Shown: positions 21,750 to 32,894 of the stretch, one piece after another
Position numbering within the stretch: the stretch's first letter is position 1
Layout: each line of letters starts with the position of its first letter
NCBI GenBank assembly: GCA_965218785.1
Contig: OZ244650.1
Coordinates: forward strand, 832,001-896,000
DNA: 64,000 nucleotides
From: Nitrosopumilus sp.
GTDB taxonomy: Archaea; Thermoproteota; Nitrososphaeria; Nitrososphaerales; Nitrosopumilaceae
Direction: 5' to 3'
Notes under the pieces: model-generated
Told to the model about the DNA's origin: nothing
The model's input: only the letters and a program-made list of their open reading frames with translations
The model's database searches: none
Translations under genes and position numbers: made by a program

Positions 21750-23006
21750 ATGATGACAAATCCGGATGAATTTGTAATTAGAACTCCGGATGATCTGTAC
21801 AATGAATTCAGATCAGCAACAGAGCAGTTGTGCAAGCAAATGGGATTAGACCTAGAGAAGATACAGTACGAACCAAGAATGGAAACTAGAGGTAAAGGAT
21901 TGGACTATGTTTCATCACAACACCCTCCTGAAGGCGACGGTTTTGAATTCCACATAAAAACATTTACTAAAAATGACAACATTATTGGAAACACAATCGA
22001 GATTAGTATAGATATTAAGAATTCCAACAGAGTAACCCTGCATTATTTAGATCGTAAAATGGAGAAGCATGAATGGCATTCGAATTTTTTACAGAGATTG
22101 GTTTCACTAGCATGGTCTGAATATAATGATGAGGTGCTTTCAGACAAACTAGAAAATCTTTTTCATGATTCTGATATCAGGGTTTACGGTATACCAGATG
22201 ATCCAATTCTTACCCTTAAAGAGTTGGGGGTATTTTTAAAAGGAATGACATCAGTGACTGAAAAATTAACAATGTGTAAATTTTATCATGTTACAGGATC
22301 AGACAATTACAGACAGGTCAGTTTTGCGTTTTTAGCATCCGAATTAGATACACCACTCTGGGTGTTTTTTTTACAAGTAGGCTCGCCTGATAGCGGAGGT
22401 GCCAAGATAGCTTTGGACAGGGCATATGAAGAGATTGAGAAAGTAAAAAAGAAGATCAAAGTGGAGCCCAAAGAAATTCACATAGATTTTGACAAACTAG
22501 AATCATTTTTGATTGAACGCAGCAATTATTTTGAAAAAGGTTCCATCTCAAAAATATGTGAAAATTCAATTTTTGATCGTCATTATTTTGATGAATCAGA
22601 TTTTGGAGAAGAGTTTATAAAAAATTATAAAACAATGAAAAAACATTATAAAAATAACGAGTGGCGTTTAGCACTCCAAGAATTTCGTCCACTAGTTCAA
22701 GAGGCATTAAAAATCACATGTGATAAGAAAGGCATAGGCATTGCAGATATTCGTAATCCCGGTATTTCAAATTTAACTATAAGGATTATTCAGGCAAAAA
22801 TCCTGAAAAAAACAATGCAGAAATGGTTGGATGCAGTTGCCAACGATCCTAATATGGCAACTCATTCAGATTTTCCCACTGAAGAGGATCTACAGGATGA
22901 AAATATAAAAAACCGTATTTTTTTATCATTTCAAGTAGGGTTGAGCGTATTATCTGAACTCAAAGAAATTATCAATCCATTCCAAGATGAGTGGGAACAA
23001 GGTTAG
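21750..23006 (+). CDS. Hypothetical 418-aa protein with C-terminal HEPN-like (DUF4145/Abi_C-like) helical domain
   Basis: YKNNEWRLALQEFRPLVQEAL...DPNMATH pattern resembles HEPN; defence-island context. Confidence 0.5.
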   Translation: MMTNPDEFVIRTPDDLYNEFRSATEQLCKQMGLDLEKIQYEPRMETRGKGLDYVSSQHPPEGDGFEFHIKTFTKNDNIIGNTIEISIDIKNSNRVTLHYLDRKMEKHEWHSNFLQRLVSLAWSEYNDEVLSDKLENLFHDSDIRVYGIPDDPILTLKELGVFLKGMTSVTEKLTMCKFYHVTGSDNYRQVSFAFLASELDTPLWVFFLQVGSPDSGGAKIALDRAYEEIEKVKKKIKVEPKEIHIDFDKLESFLIERSNYFEKGSISKICENSIFDRHYFDESDFGEEFIKNYKTMKKHYKNNEWRLALQEFRPLVQEALKITCDKKGIGIADIRNPGISNLTIRIIQAKILKKTMQKWLDAVANDPNMATHSDFPTEEDLQDENIKNRIFLSFQVGLSVLSELKEIINPFQDEWEQG

Positions 23007-23112
23007 GAACAGTGGGAGGCGCATTGTATTTGATATCAGTTTGGTCTTTTTTCATGCTTTTAGGGAGCGATTCAAAATACCCCCAACCGAAATTTTTAAT
23101 AGACACAAAAAT

Positions 23113-23140
23113 TCAATCTGGAGAAGATTCGTATTTCATG
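23113..23140 (+). repeat. 28-bp dispersed motif, copy A
   Basis: tcaatctggagaagattcgtatttcatg. Confidence 0.85.
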
Positions 23141-23182
23141 TCTACATCTCCATAATTTCAGTACCAAGCAATCAAAAACAAT

Positions 23183-23413
23183 TTAATTTTTGATCCTTTT
23201 TTTGTCCCTGCAAATCCCGCATAGGTAATTTTTTTTGAAATTTTCTAATTCTGTTTTAAATGCAATGGTTTTAGAGTGCTCTTTTCCCGTTTTTATTCCG
23301 CCTGGCACTCTTTTTCCACAGTTTGTACAGTGAATTACAATTTCTAGTCTTATCATCTTTTCATCATCTAATTTTTCCCCAATTATCATATGGTGTCTTT
23401 TATTGATTTTCAT
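23183..23413 (-). CDS. Small zinc-binding protein
   Basis: CTNC...CGIC; 76 aa. Confidence 0.65.
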   Translation of the reverse strand: MKINKRHHMIIGEKLDDEKMIRLEIVIHCTNCGKRVPGGIKTGKEHSKTIAFKTELENFKKNYLCGICRDKKRIKN

Positions 23414-23880
23414 ATAAACATGCTCAGCAGAATAAAGACTGGCAGATCAAAGCAGGATTAATCATCAAAACTAGAGAGTCTTGAGAAAAAAGAACAAGTG
23501 CGGTATATTTGAAATGCGGGTGATTCCAAACATCAAACAAAGAAATGGAGTGACAAGCCATAACTAAATCATCATCAGTTTGTATACTTTGATCATGTCT
23601 TGGGATTTGTTTGTGATCTCACTGAAAACACATCTGATTTGAACTGAACAATGCCTCAATACCCGTATGATTTCATTGCTACTTGTATGCTTGTTCTTGC
23701 GTAAGACATATCAAAAATTATACATCTGGAAAAACAAAGTGATTCAAGAACACAGAATAACAGGCTCTTGTTTCATCATTGGCTCGTTTAAGCCTCTGAT
23801 TTTATTATCTACATGCCTTTCTTGTCCTTACGTAATATCTAAAAATTTAAGGTGATTTAATGTTCTATACCTTAAGGTTT

Positions 23881-23896
23881 GAAAAAGATTTATAAT
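23881..23896 (+). promoter_or_regulatory. BRE/TATA promoter of the AbrB-Mod-Res operon
   Basis: gaaaaagatttataat with TTTATAA ~25-30 nt upstream of ATG 23919. Confidence 0.55.
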
Positions 23897-23918
23897 TCAA
23901 GTTTATTTTTAGAATTAT

Positions 23919-24098
23919 ATGACTAGGTGGAAAAAAGATGCTACTGAATTCGAGGTCGGCGTGATCAATCTTACTAGCAGTAATGGACCTGCTTCAAAAA
24001 CATGTATAATTCCAAAACCGATATTTGAATTATTAAAAAGACCAACTCGATTAAAATTTAAAATCATTGGAAAAAGAATAGAGGTTCAAAGTGTTTAG
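23919..24098 (+). CDS. AbrB/SpoVT-like small DNA-binding protein (59 aa, below ORF-track cut-off)
   Basis: MTRWKKDATEFEVGVINLTSSNGPASKTCIIPKPIFELLKRPTRLKFKIIGKRIEVQSV; IPKPI..L....LKF swapped-hairpin pattern. Confidence 0.7.
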   Translation: MTRWKKDATEFEVGVINLTSSNGPASKTCIIPKPIFELLKRPTRLKFKIIGKRIEVQSV

Positions 24099-24340
<242 letters not shown>

Positions 24341-24344
<4 letters not shown>

Positions 24345-26242
24345 GAAAGTCTCTCAAAAAAACTAAACAGCGGTTAGATCGGATTTCTGAATACACCGAT
24401 AACGAAACTGTGGAAGAATTAATGGATGTTATAGAAATTCCAAAACAGCCTGAATTTTACAAAATTCCACGAAGGTTTGGTTCCATTCCTGTAGATGAGC
24501 TTCCTCTAGGTTGTGATAAAGACAAACAGTATTATAAAATTTATCCACGAGTTGCACTACCATTTCAAAAAGCCGATAGAATAACATTTGGTCATACAAA
24601 ATTAGAACCTAACAGATTATTTTGGGGAGATAATCTACATGTAATGCGAATACTTCCATCAAATTCCATAGATTTGATTTACATTGATCCTCCATTTTTT
24701 TCTGGAACGAATTATAATGTTATTTTTGGAGATCAAAATGAAATAAGATCTTTTACGGATATTTGGGACGGGGGGATGATTAGTTATTTGATATGGCTTA
24801 ATGCCCGATTGTTGGAAATTAAAAGAATTCTTAAATCTACAGGAGCTCTTTATTTACATTTAGATTTTCATGCATCTCATTATGTAAAACAAGAATTAGA
24901 TAAAATTTTTGGAATCGATAATTTTCGAAATGAAATAATATGGCATTATGGACAAAGAACAATGCATAATAAATATAAATTTAATTCCAAACATGATGTA
25001 ATTTTATTTTATTCAAAATCAAACAAACATATTATTAATCAAATAACACTACCTTGGACAAAAGACGATATATCTAAAACACGAGTAAGAAAAATTCTCA
25101 AAGATGACAATGGTAAAGAATACATTTTAGATAATCGCTCTGTATCTAAGGGGTATCCTGTAAAAAAGCAGTATATCGATGACATCATAAAAAAAGGAAA
25201 AGCAATTGATAGTGTTTGGAATATACCTATGATAGTGAGTACCAGTTCTGAAAGAATTGGTTATCCTACTCAAAAACCTGAGGTGCTTTTAGAAAGAATA
25301 ATCAAAGCTTCAACAAAAGAAGGTGATGTAGTAGCTGATTTTTTCTGTGGTGGAGGAACAACACCTACCGTAGCTCAAAAATTAAACCGTAAATGGATTG
25401 CATGTGATCAATCCAGAGTTGCAGTTGCAATAACCCAAGGCAGATTGGAAACACTGCATGAAAAATCTGAAAGCGCAGGAACTCAACAGACCCTGCTTCC
25501 AATACCTGACATATCTGTGGAATACTGGGGAACCTACGAGGTGCCAGCATTGGAGGATCTCACAGACATGGAGTTTAGAAATTTTGTCGTTTCTGCATAT
25601 GGTGGCAGAACAGCGTCAGGTGATGGAACCATTCACGGATTCAAACAACAGACACCGCTGTTTGTAGGTTCGTCAAAACAGAAAAACAGAATTACAAAAA
25701 ACAATGTCTTGGAGTTTGCAAGGGAAATATCTGAAACAAAGGGTGTGTACAAGGGAGTGATGCTTGCATGGTCTTTTGCTGATTCTGCCAGATTTGCAGC
25801 AGAAAAGCTAAAAGGAGAAAACCATGCAGAGATTGATCTGATTCAGATCTCACTTACCGAGATTGATTCTGCCACATTTAGAAATCACATAGTAAAACTC
25901 CACGATGATTACAAATCATTATTGACGTTTATCTTGCCACCGGATGTAACTTTACACCACAAAAAAATTAGTTCCATGACGTACAGGTTTGATACATCCG
26001 AATCCATCGCACTAAACACTAGTACAAAAATCGTAAATGTACAATGGGATTTTGAATACAAGGGAAGATTCACGCCAACCCAGGGGTTTGCATATGGCAG
26101 GGAAGGCTCTGGGGATAAAATCAAACCAATGTTTATTGTACAACACAAATTCAAACATCTTGGAAATACCCCAATAGCGGTTCGTGTTCAAGATGATCTG
26201 GGTGGAGAGAAAATACACACGGAGATAATTTCGGTGAGATGA
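24341..26242 (+). CDS. mod: Type III-like R-M modification methyltransferase (beta-class N6/N4 MTase) with C-terminal extension
   Basis: LFWGDNL, DLIYIDPPFF (motif IV) before YPTQKP and ADFFCGGGTT (motif I); GAGGT SD-like upstream of TTG. Confidence 0.9.
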
Positions 26243-28188
26243 TGCTAGATTCATTCATACAACACGAAGAAAAATTCAGGGATTGGAAGAATTCTGGATT
26301 TCCAAATGTAAAAGGCGAGACATATGATTTTATCGACAATATGTTGCATCATGATAAAGAAAACAAGATGTGGAAACACCAGACAGAAGGCATGCTTCGA
26401 GTCATCTACTCATTTGAGATATTGCAAAAAAGAAACAACCTTCTAAATATCGTAACAGGTGGCGGAAAGACTGCCATAATTGCAGCCATAATATTCTGGT
26501 TAAAATCTGCCCACAACATCAACAAGTTTGTCATACTGACTCCCAATACCATAGTCCGGGCAAGACTAGAATCTGATTTCAAAGATGGTACGGTGTTCCG
26601 GAAATTTGAATTTGCGACAGAACAAAACCAGATACTGCTAAATGATCTTGGATTGCATGTCATGAAGAGTGGTGAACAGCCGCAGGGAATGCTACAGTCG
26701 GGAATAATACTGGGTAATATCCAGCAGCTTTACTCATCAAAGAACACTAATAGAAATCTTGCATATCTCAAGGAATTTGTCGGAGATTTGGCAATATTTA
26801 ATGATGAGGCACACAACACTCCTGCACCCGAATACACAAACATACTAAACGAATTATCCCACAAATGCAGGATACGGTTGGACACTACTGCAACACCTGA
26901 CAGGGCAGACGGTTCAGAACCTGATTCGGAGATGATTTACTATTATGATGTGTCAAATGCGCTAGATGATGGAATAATAAAATCAGTAGTGGTATATCAG
27001 CCCGAAGTCAAACTACTTAAAATGACATATACCAATCCTGAAACCGGAGAAAAAAAAGATATTACCGAACTTGATGCAGAATTTGCAGAAGCAGAAAAGA
27101 ATCTAAAGCCGTTTCAGTGGATACTAGATCCAGAACCCATGAGAAAACAGATTGCAATCGCTCTACAACGTCACAAGGAACAGATTGCAAGGGCCAAGGG
27201 GAGATACAAGCCGATTCTGTTTGTAGTTACCATGAGCATACAGGAGGGACAAAGGGTTCAAAAAACACTTCAGGATGTCTTTAAGATAAACACGTTGCTT
27301 GTAACGGAGGAATCCGATGAGAGAGACCGAGATGAAGCACTGCACATTGGAACATTTGAGAGCAAGTATGAGGCAGTAGTTAGTGTGCTTATGCTACGGG
27401 AGGGATGGGATGTACCGGAGGTATCTACCATACTATTGCTAAGAAAGTTCTCATCGCCAGTATACGGCCAGCAGGTCATAGGTAGAGGACTACGAAAGAT
27501 AATACGAAAGCCTGAAGAAAGAGAGATACTGGCAGTGGTGGATCATCCACGTCTGGAACACGACTGGCTGTGGAGAATGGTGGCAGTAAGCAAGATAAAT
27601 CAGGAGGTGGCAGACGGACAGATATTTGATCCTAGTGAGGATCTGCCAAAACCGATAATTCAAACAATGGTCAGACCTGAAAAAATAATAAAAATTCCAC
27701 CTGCAACTTTTGATACAAATATCCCCTGGGGGAAATATGAGGAAGAAATACCTGAAGATGAATCTGAAAATGACTGGTATGCAATGCTGGATAGGGCATC
27801 ATATGACAAGGAAAGATGGACCATATCCAGAACACGGATCAGCACTGTTGAGGCAAAAGAGCTCAAAAATAGACGTCTTGAAATTCTAAACGGAGTAAGT
27901 GACTATGATTTTAACATATCCGGACAGTATCCTAGAGATATCCTGGAAGAAAAATTCAAGGAAACACTATTGGGAATATGTGCAGGTCTGCTAGATGAAT
28001 CTGGATTTGGAAATACGAATCGCGGCAAACTGTACAAGATCATGTTAAAACACATACGTGAAAAGATATTTGCAGGAAAGCCGTTGTCAGAGGCAGAACG
28101 CGATGATATTGAGTTTGCCATGTATATGATGCCTGAGATACGGGATAGTTTCTCAAAACCGATAATTGCAGGAATCGTGGAGAGTTAA
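26239..28188 (+). CDS. res: Type III restriction Res-like SF2 helicase/ATPase
   Basis: VTGGGKT, NDEAHN, TATP, MLREGWD, QVIGRGLR; ATGA overlap with mod. Confidence 0.88.
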   Translation: MMLDSFIQHEEKFRDWKNSGFPNVKGETYDFIDNMLHHDKENKMWKHQTEGMLRVIYSFEILQKRNNLLNIVTGGGKTAIIAAIIFWLKSAHNINKFVILTPNTIVRARLESDFKDGTVFRKFEFATEQNQILLNDLGLHVMKSGEQPQGMLQSGIILGNIQQLYSSKNTNRNLAYLKEFVGDLAIFNDEAHNTPAPEYTNILNELSHKCRIRLDTTATPDRADGSEPDSEMIYYYDVSNALDDGIIKSVVVYQPEVKLLKMTYTNPETGEKKDITELDAEFAEAEKNLKPFQWILDPEPMRKQIAIALQRHKEQIARAKGRYKPILFVVTMSIQEGQRVQKTLQDVFKINTLLVTEESDERDRDEALHIGTFESKYEAVVSVLMLREGWDVPEVSTILLLRKFSSPVYGQQVIGRGLRKIIRKPEEREILAVVDHPRLEHDWLWRMVAVSKINQEVADGQIFDPSEDLPKPIIQTMVRPEKIIKIPPATFDTNIPWGKYEEEIPEDESENDWYAMLDRASYDKERWTISRTRISTVEAKELKNRRLEILNGVSDYDFNISGQYPRDILEEKFKETLLGICAGLLDESGFGNTNRGKLYKIMLKHIREKIFAGKPLSEAERDDIEFAMYMMPEIRDSFSKPIIAGIVES

Positions 28189-28536
28189 ATGTCGATACAT
28201 GGCATCTTTGAGAATCCACAAAAAAGTGTATTCTCTATAGAATATTATGATTCAACATGGGAGCATGACTATATGAAGGAATTAGAAAAAGACGACATTG
28301 TATCAAAATGGACTAAAAACCATGGGATAAGAATTCCATATCTTGCAGATGACAACAAGTACAAGTATTATAATCCGGATTTTCTAGTGGAAAGATCTGA
28401 TGGTACAATAGAACTAGTCGAGATGAAGAGTACCCATATGCTAAAAGCGACAAATACAAAAAGAAAAGCAGAATATGCCAAGAAATGGTGTGATGCCCGG
28501 AGTATTGAATATCGTCTCATTTCTAGATATCAATGA
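28189..28536 (+). CDS. PD-(D/E)xK endonuclease (TnsA-N-like / Res C-terminal nuclease domain)
   Basis: YDS.WE..Y...LE....V.KW.KN..IPY..YNPDFLV..LVEMK; same frame as res, directly after its TAA. Confidence 0.8.
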   Translation: MSIHGIFENPQKSVFSIEYYDSTWEHDYMKELEKDDIVSKWTKNHGIRIPYLADDNKYKYYNPDFLVERSDGTIELVEMKSTHMLKATNTKRKAEYAKKWCDARSIEYRLISRYQ

Positions 28537-28619
28537 AGGTAGTTGTATGTGTAAGATCAATATGGAATAACATGATACGGAATTGATATGGATGACTTGC
28601 TATTCAAAAGTCAAATATT

Positions 28620-28767
28620 GGAATCCGGAGAAAATTGATATTTCATGTTTATGCCCTCACAACTTGGTAGATTTCAGATTAAACACTCTCAGAAAGAGAT
28701 AGTGGATTTTGATAAATTTTAGTGATTTATAACACAAATCATGAAATACAGATCTTCTCCGAACTAC
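28620..28767. repeat. 28-bp motif copies B (+, 28620-28647) and C (-, 28740-28767), inverted pair
   Basis: ggaatccggagaaaattgatatttcatg and the reverse complement of gtagttcggagaagatctgtatttcatg. Confidence 0.85.
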
Positions 28768-28940
28768 ACTGTAATTTTACTAGATAATTTAACTGGGATC
28801 GTCTATGTTGAATTCTGCGGTTAAATTTTGGTGTTCAGATCATTATTTTACACTCGTGCGAGATAGTGATTGCACTCAAAAAGAGTACCCGAGAAGATTT
28901 GATATGAAAAAATTATAAATTAGTTATAGAATTATAAATT

Positions 28941-31900
28941 ATGAGCAGTATTTTCTCCGTTCGTGAAGACCATATCAATAATTTATCTCCAGAATATTGT
29001 GTACAATTATTCGGAGAATTACTCCATTCTGATGCTAGACGTCTCAAACTCTCTATATCTAAGGTTAATTTTACAACAAAAACTGTTCCTGATGGTGGAA
29101 TTGATGCTTCTATCGAAGATGGGATTTCTCAAGAGGGTGATCTGATAATTGATCCTGAATCTTTTTACCAAATTAAATCTGGAGAAACATTTTCTTCATG
29201 GCAAGAATCTGAAATCAAAGAAGAATTATTACATGGAAAACCTCCCATAAAACAAAATCTTGGTGATGAAGTTCAAAGATGTTTTGAACGAAACGGGACC
29301 TATATCTTAGTATGCATGAAAGTTCAATTGTCTACTCAACAAAAAAAACAATCTGAAAAAAATTTAATCAATGTTTTAACTGCATGTGGAATAGATAATC
29401 CCAAAGTCAAAGTATGGGGCCAAGACAAAATTATTGGTACAATTGCTTCATACCCTTCATTAGTTTTACGATTGACAAGAAAAGATGCTCCTGTCTTTCA
29501 ATCTCATCAGGATTGGTCAAATAATCATGACATGCAAAGAGAACTGGTACTTGGAAAAAAACAAAAGGACTTTATAAAAATAATTCAAGAAGCACTTCTT
29601 GATGATTCTGAAACTGTTCATGTACATATCTATGGTGAAACTGGAGTTGGAAAGACAAGACTTGTTTTAGAATCTACAAGAATTTCTTTCTTATGTCCTC
29701 TTGTGATCTATTGTTCATCTCCAAAAGAATTTCTTTCAAAATCACTGCTAAATGAAATTATTGCTGATAATAAGTTACATTGTATTTTGATTATTGATGA
29801 ATGTTACTATCTTGATCATTTAAACATATGGAATAAGTTGGCATCTCTTGGTTCTCGAATAAAACTTGTTACCATGTCTCACGAATATCGAAGAGTTGAT
29901 GAAACTACAAAGCAAAATGAAGCTCCAAATTTAGATGAATCACAAATTAAAGAAATTATTAAGAAATACCATGATGATGACATTTTGGCAGGTAGATTAT
30001 CAAGAATTTGTAATGGAATTCCTCGTTTGGCTCATATGATCGGATGGGATTTAAAAAATAATCCTAAAGAAATCCTTCGTGGTTCCCAAGATGTATTTGC
30101 ATTTTTTGACAGATATATTAACCAAGGAGAAGATCCTCTTTCAACACATGTGTTACAAAGAAAAAGAATTCTTTTAACAATTTCATTATTTAAAAAATTT
30201 GGAAGCATCACATATTTTCCTAATGAATTTAAGTCAGTACATGCGATTATTGAAGAGATAGATCCAAGTATTACATTACCAATATTTCTAGAACATGTAA
30301 AAGATTTACAAGATCGCAAAATTTTGCAAGGTCAGGAAACGTTGTATATTAGTCCTAAAGGATTGCATCTGTGGTTATGGATGGAGTGGTGGGAGTCTTA
30401 TCATGCATCAATTACATTTGAAAAATTAATCCAGATAATTCACCCTACTCTCAGAAAATGGTTCTTTACAATGTTTCAATATGCTGGTAATTCTGATGCG
30501 ACAAAAACTGTTGTACAAAAATTATTTAAAGACGGTGGCCCACTTTTAAATTCCGAATTCATAAAAACTAGTTTAGGTGCAGAGCTTTTTCATTCATTAT
30601 CTAATGCAGATCCTACAACTGCAACTGATTATCTTGAACGAACAATGGGAACATGGTCTAATAAAGAATTGTGTGATTTTTCAATAGGACGGAGATCCGT
30701 AATTTATGGGTTAGAAAGAATTGTTTTTGAGCCAGAACTCTTCACTCGGGGCGGTACACTTCTTAGAAGTTTGGCTGAAAATGAAAATGAAGAATGGTCA
30801 AATAATGCTACAGGGTTGTTTGCTAGCTTGTTTTCATTAGGTATCGGCTATGCTTCATTAACCAAAACCCCTCCTAAAATGAGACTTGCTTTGTTGAAAG
30901 AAACACTGTGTTCTGATAATGAAAATAGAAGAAATTTGGGGTTAAAAGCATGTGAATTTGCCTTAAAGACCGAGGATTTTTTATATCCTTCCGAACTGCC
31001 AGCAGATGAACTTAGAGTAGAACAAAAGGGTTGGGAACCAAAAATCAACCAAGACTGGGCTGATGCGTATAAATCCGTAATCGAATTAATTATTGAAAGA
31101 CTCCAAACATTTACAAATAAAGATAAGCAAAAATGTGCTTCGATGATCTCTCAAAACTCCAGATGGCTGTTTCATACATTTTCATTTATGGGAGAATACA
31201 TCGTAGAGAAATTATACCAGATTAAAAAATTTATTGACAAAGAAACCCTATTAGAAAATATTATTGATATTTTAGAATTTGAAAAAGATAGATTAACTCC
31301 AGAAACCAAATCAAAACTTGAGACACTTCAGATTGAAATTATTGGAACTGATTATTCTTCCCTTTTGAAAAGATATGTGGGGATGGATATTATGTTGGAT
31401 TTGGCAAACAAAGATCGTGAAAAAGAAAGGGTGGAACATATCCAAAAATTAGTTGAAATGTCGTTGAATACTGAAAAATTAAAACCAGAATTATCCTGGC
31501 TGACTACTGATAATGCGCGATATGGATACGTATTTGGACAAGAATTAGCAAAAAAAGATAATGATTTTTTATTACTGCCATTACTATTAGATGAACAAAG
31601 AAAAACTGATGAAAAAGGAACTGGTTTTTTCCTAAGCGGATATCTTGTAATTATTTTTGAAAAAAACCAGAAAAAATGGCTACAAATTATGAATGAAATA
31701 TCACAAGATCCTGAATTGATAAGATTTTTTACAGAAATAGCATGGAGATCTGGGATTACTGATGAAATTGGATTATTAATATTGAATCTGATAAAATCTC
31801 AAAAAATTAAAATCGATGAATTGGATAAATTTACTTTGGGTGGAGCTGTAAACAGACTCTCTGAAAAGGTGGTGTTAGAATGGATTGAATATATGATAGA

Positions 31901-32687
31901 TACTAATGAACAAAAGACAATTTTTAGCGCTATTTCATTGTATGATGCCTTCTTTGTATATAGAGCTGAAAAAACCTTGAATCCTGAAATCACCTTAAAA
32001 CTCTTAACACATGATGTTTTCATGGGGAGAACACCTGTTCGAACATATACCATGGTGGATTACCACTGGAACGAAATAGGTCTGAGATTCATTCAGCAAT
32101 ACCCTGATGAATCTCTTGAATTTGCTGATAGATTGTTGGCAAGTATGGATAGTGAATCATCTCTTATTTCTCCTCATTCACAATCTTTGGAGGTATTGGA
32201 TACTGTTGCTTCTAGATTACCAGATGAAGTATGGGATTTAATGACTAAATACATTGCATTACCTTTTGATAAACGTGGATATGCTATAATTAATTGGATG
32301 CGGGGTAATCTATTTGCACCATCGAATAACTTTCTAGATAAGGTTGATTTTCAAAAAATTTTGGATTGGATTGATAATAATCCTCATAAATTGGCACCAT
32401 ACATTATTGAACATGTACCACCAATTCTGACCTTTGATAGTTTAGCCAGAAAACTCCTAGTAAAATATGGAACTGAAAAAAGTGTAAAAATATCCCTTGT
32501 TGCAAACTTTTCTACCGAAGGATTCTCTGGATCAGCCTCAACTCATTTCCAAGAAAAGAAAGAAAAATTACTTGTTTACAAAGAACATGATGATAACGAA
32601 AATGTGAAAAACTGGATTGATTTCTATGTAAAATGTTTAGATGAGGATATTAATCGTGAAAAATTACAAGAAGAAAGGGAATTCTAA
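28941..32687 (+). CDS. Avs-like antiviral STAND protein: N-terminal PD-(D/E)xK nuclease, P-loop NTPase, long helical sensor
   Basis: PDGGIDA..YQIKSG; GETGVGKT (Walker A); ILIIDE (Walker B); CNGIP (GxP); 1248 aa, very AT-rich. Confidence 0.7.
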   Translation: MSSIFSVREDHINNLSPEYCVQLFGELLHSDARRLKLSISKVNFTTKTVPDGGIDASIEDGISQEGDLIIDPESFYQIKSGETFSSWQESEIKEELLHGKPPIKQNLGDEVQRCFERNGTYILVCMKVQLSTQQKKQSEKNLINVLTACGIDNPKVKVWGQDKIIGTIASYPSLVLRLTRKDAPVFQSHQDWSNNHDMQRELVLGKKQKDFIKIIQEALLDDSETVHVHIYGETGVGKTRLVLESTRISFLCPLVIYCSSPKEFLSKSLLNEIIADNKLHCILIIDECYYLDHLNIWNKLASLGSRIKLVTMSHEYRRVDETTKQNEAPNLDESQIKEIIKKYHDDDILAGRLSRICNGIPRLAHMIGWDLKNNPKEILRGSQDVFAFFDRYINQGEDPLSTHVLQRKRILLTISLFKKFGSITYFPNEFKSVHAIIEEIDPSITLPIFLEHVKDLQDRKILQGQETLYISPKGLHLWLWMEWWESYHASITFEKLIQIIHPTLRKWFFTMFQYAGNSDATKTVVQKLFKDGGPLLNSEFIKTSLGAELFHSLSNADPTTATDYLERTMGTWSNKELCDFSIGRRSVIYGLERIVFEPELFTRGGTLLRSLAENENEEWSNNATGLFASLFSLGIGYASLTKTPPKMRLALLKETLCSDNENRRNLGLKACEFALKTEDFLYPSELPADELRVEQKGWEPKINQDWADAYKSVIELIIERLQTFTNKDKQKCASMISQNSRWLFHTFSFMGEYIVEKLYQIKKFIDKETLLENIIDILEFEKDRLTPETKSKLETLQIEIIGTDYSSLLKRYVGMDIMLDLANKDREKERVEHIQKLVEMSLNTEKLKPELSWLTTDNARYGYVFGQELAKKDNDFLLLPLLLDEQRKTDEKGTGFFLSGYLVIIFEKNQKKWLQIMNEISQDPELIRFFTEIAWRSGITDEIGLLILNLIKSQKIKIDELDKFTLGGAVNRLSEKVVLEWIEYMIDTNEQKTIFSAISLYDAFFVYRAEKTLNPEITLKLLTHDVFMGRTPVRTYTMVDYHWNEIGLRFIQQYPDESLEFADRLLASMDSESSLISPHSQSLEVLDTVASRLPDEVWDLMTKYIALPFDKRGYAIINWMRGNLFAPSNNFLDKVDFQKILDWIDNNPHKLAPYIIEHVPPILTFDSLARKLLVKYGTEKSVKISLVANFSTEGFSGSASTHFQEKKEKLLVYKEHDDNENVKNWIDFYVKCLDEDINREKLQEEREF

Positions 32688-32894
32688 TGTAATTTATTGA
32701 ATTTGAAAAATTAATTCTCCCATATCCAATCCTTTCCGGTAATCTGGAAACCTACTAGCATTAGAATCTGTATAATTAAATTTTTAATTGTGTTTTTGAT
32801 GATTTCTCTAATGTAATGATGGTTTTTCTGTTCTCAAATAATCTTATGTGAGTAAAAAATGAAATTTAGATGGCATTGGGAACGATCTTATCGA

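Noticed and set aside
23113-23140. 28-bp motif as a canonical Xer dif site (11-6-11)
   Set aside because: Arms are not inverted repeats of each other and lack the TTA..TAA inner signature; the length match may be coincidental
28189-28536. Tn7-like transposon suggested by a TnsA-like nuclease
   Set aside because: No TnsB/TnsC/TniQ; position and motifs match the Res C-terminal nuclease
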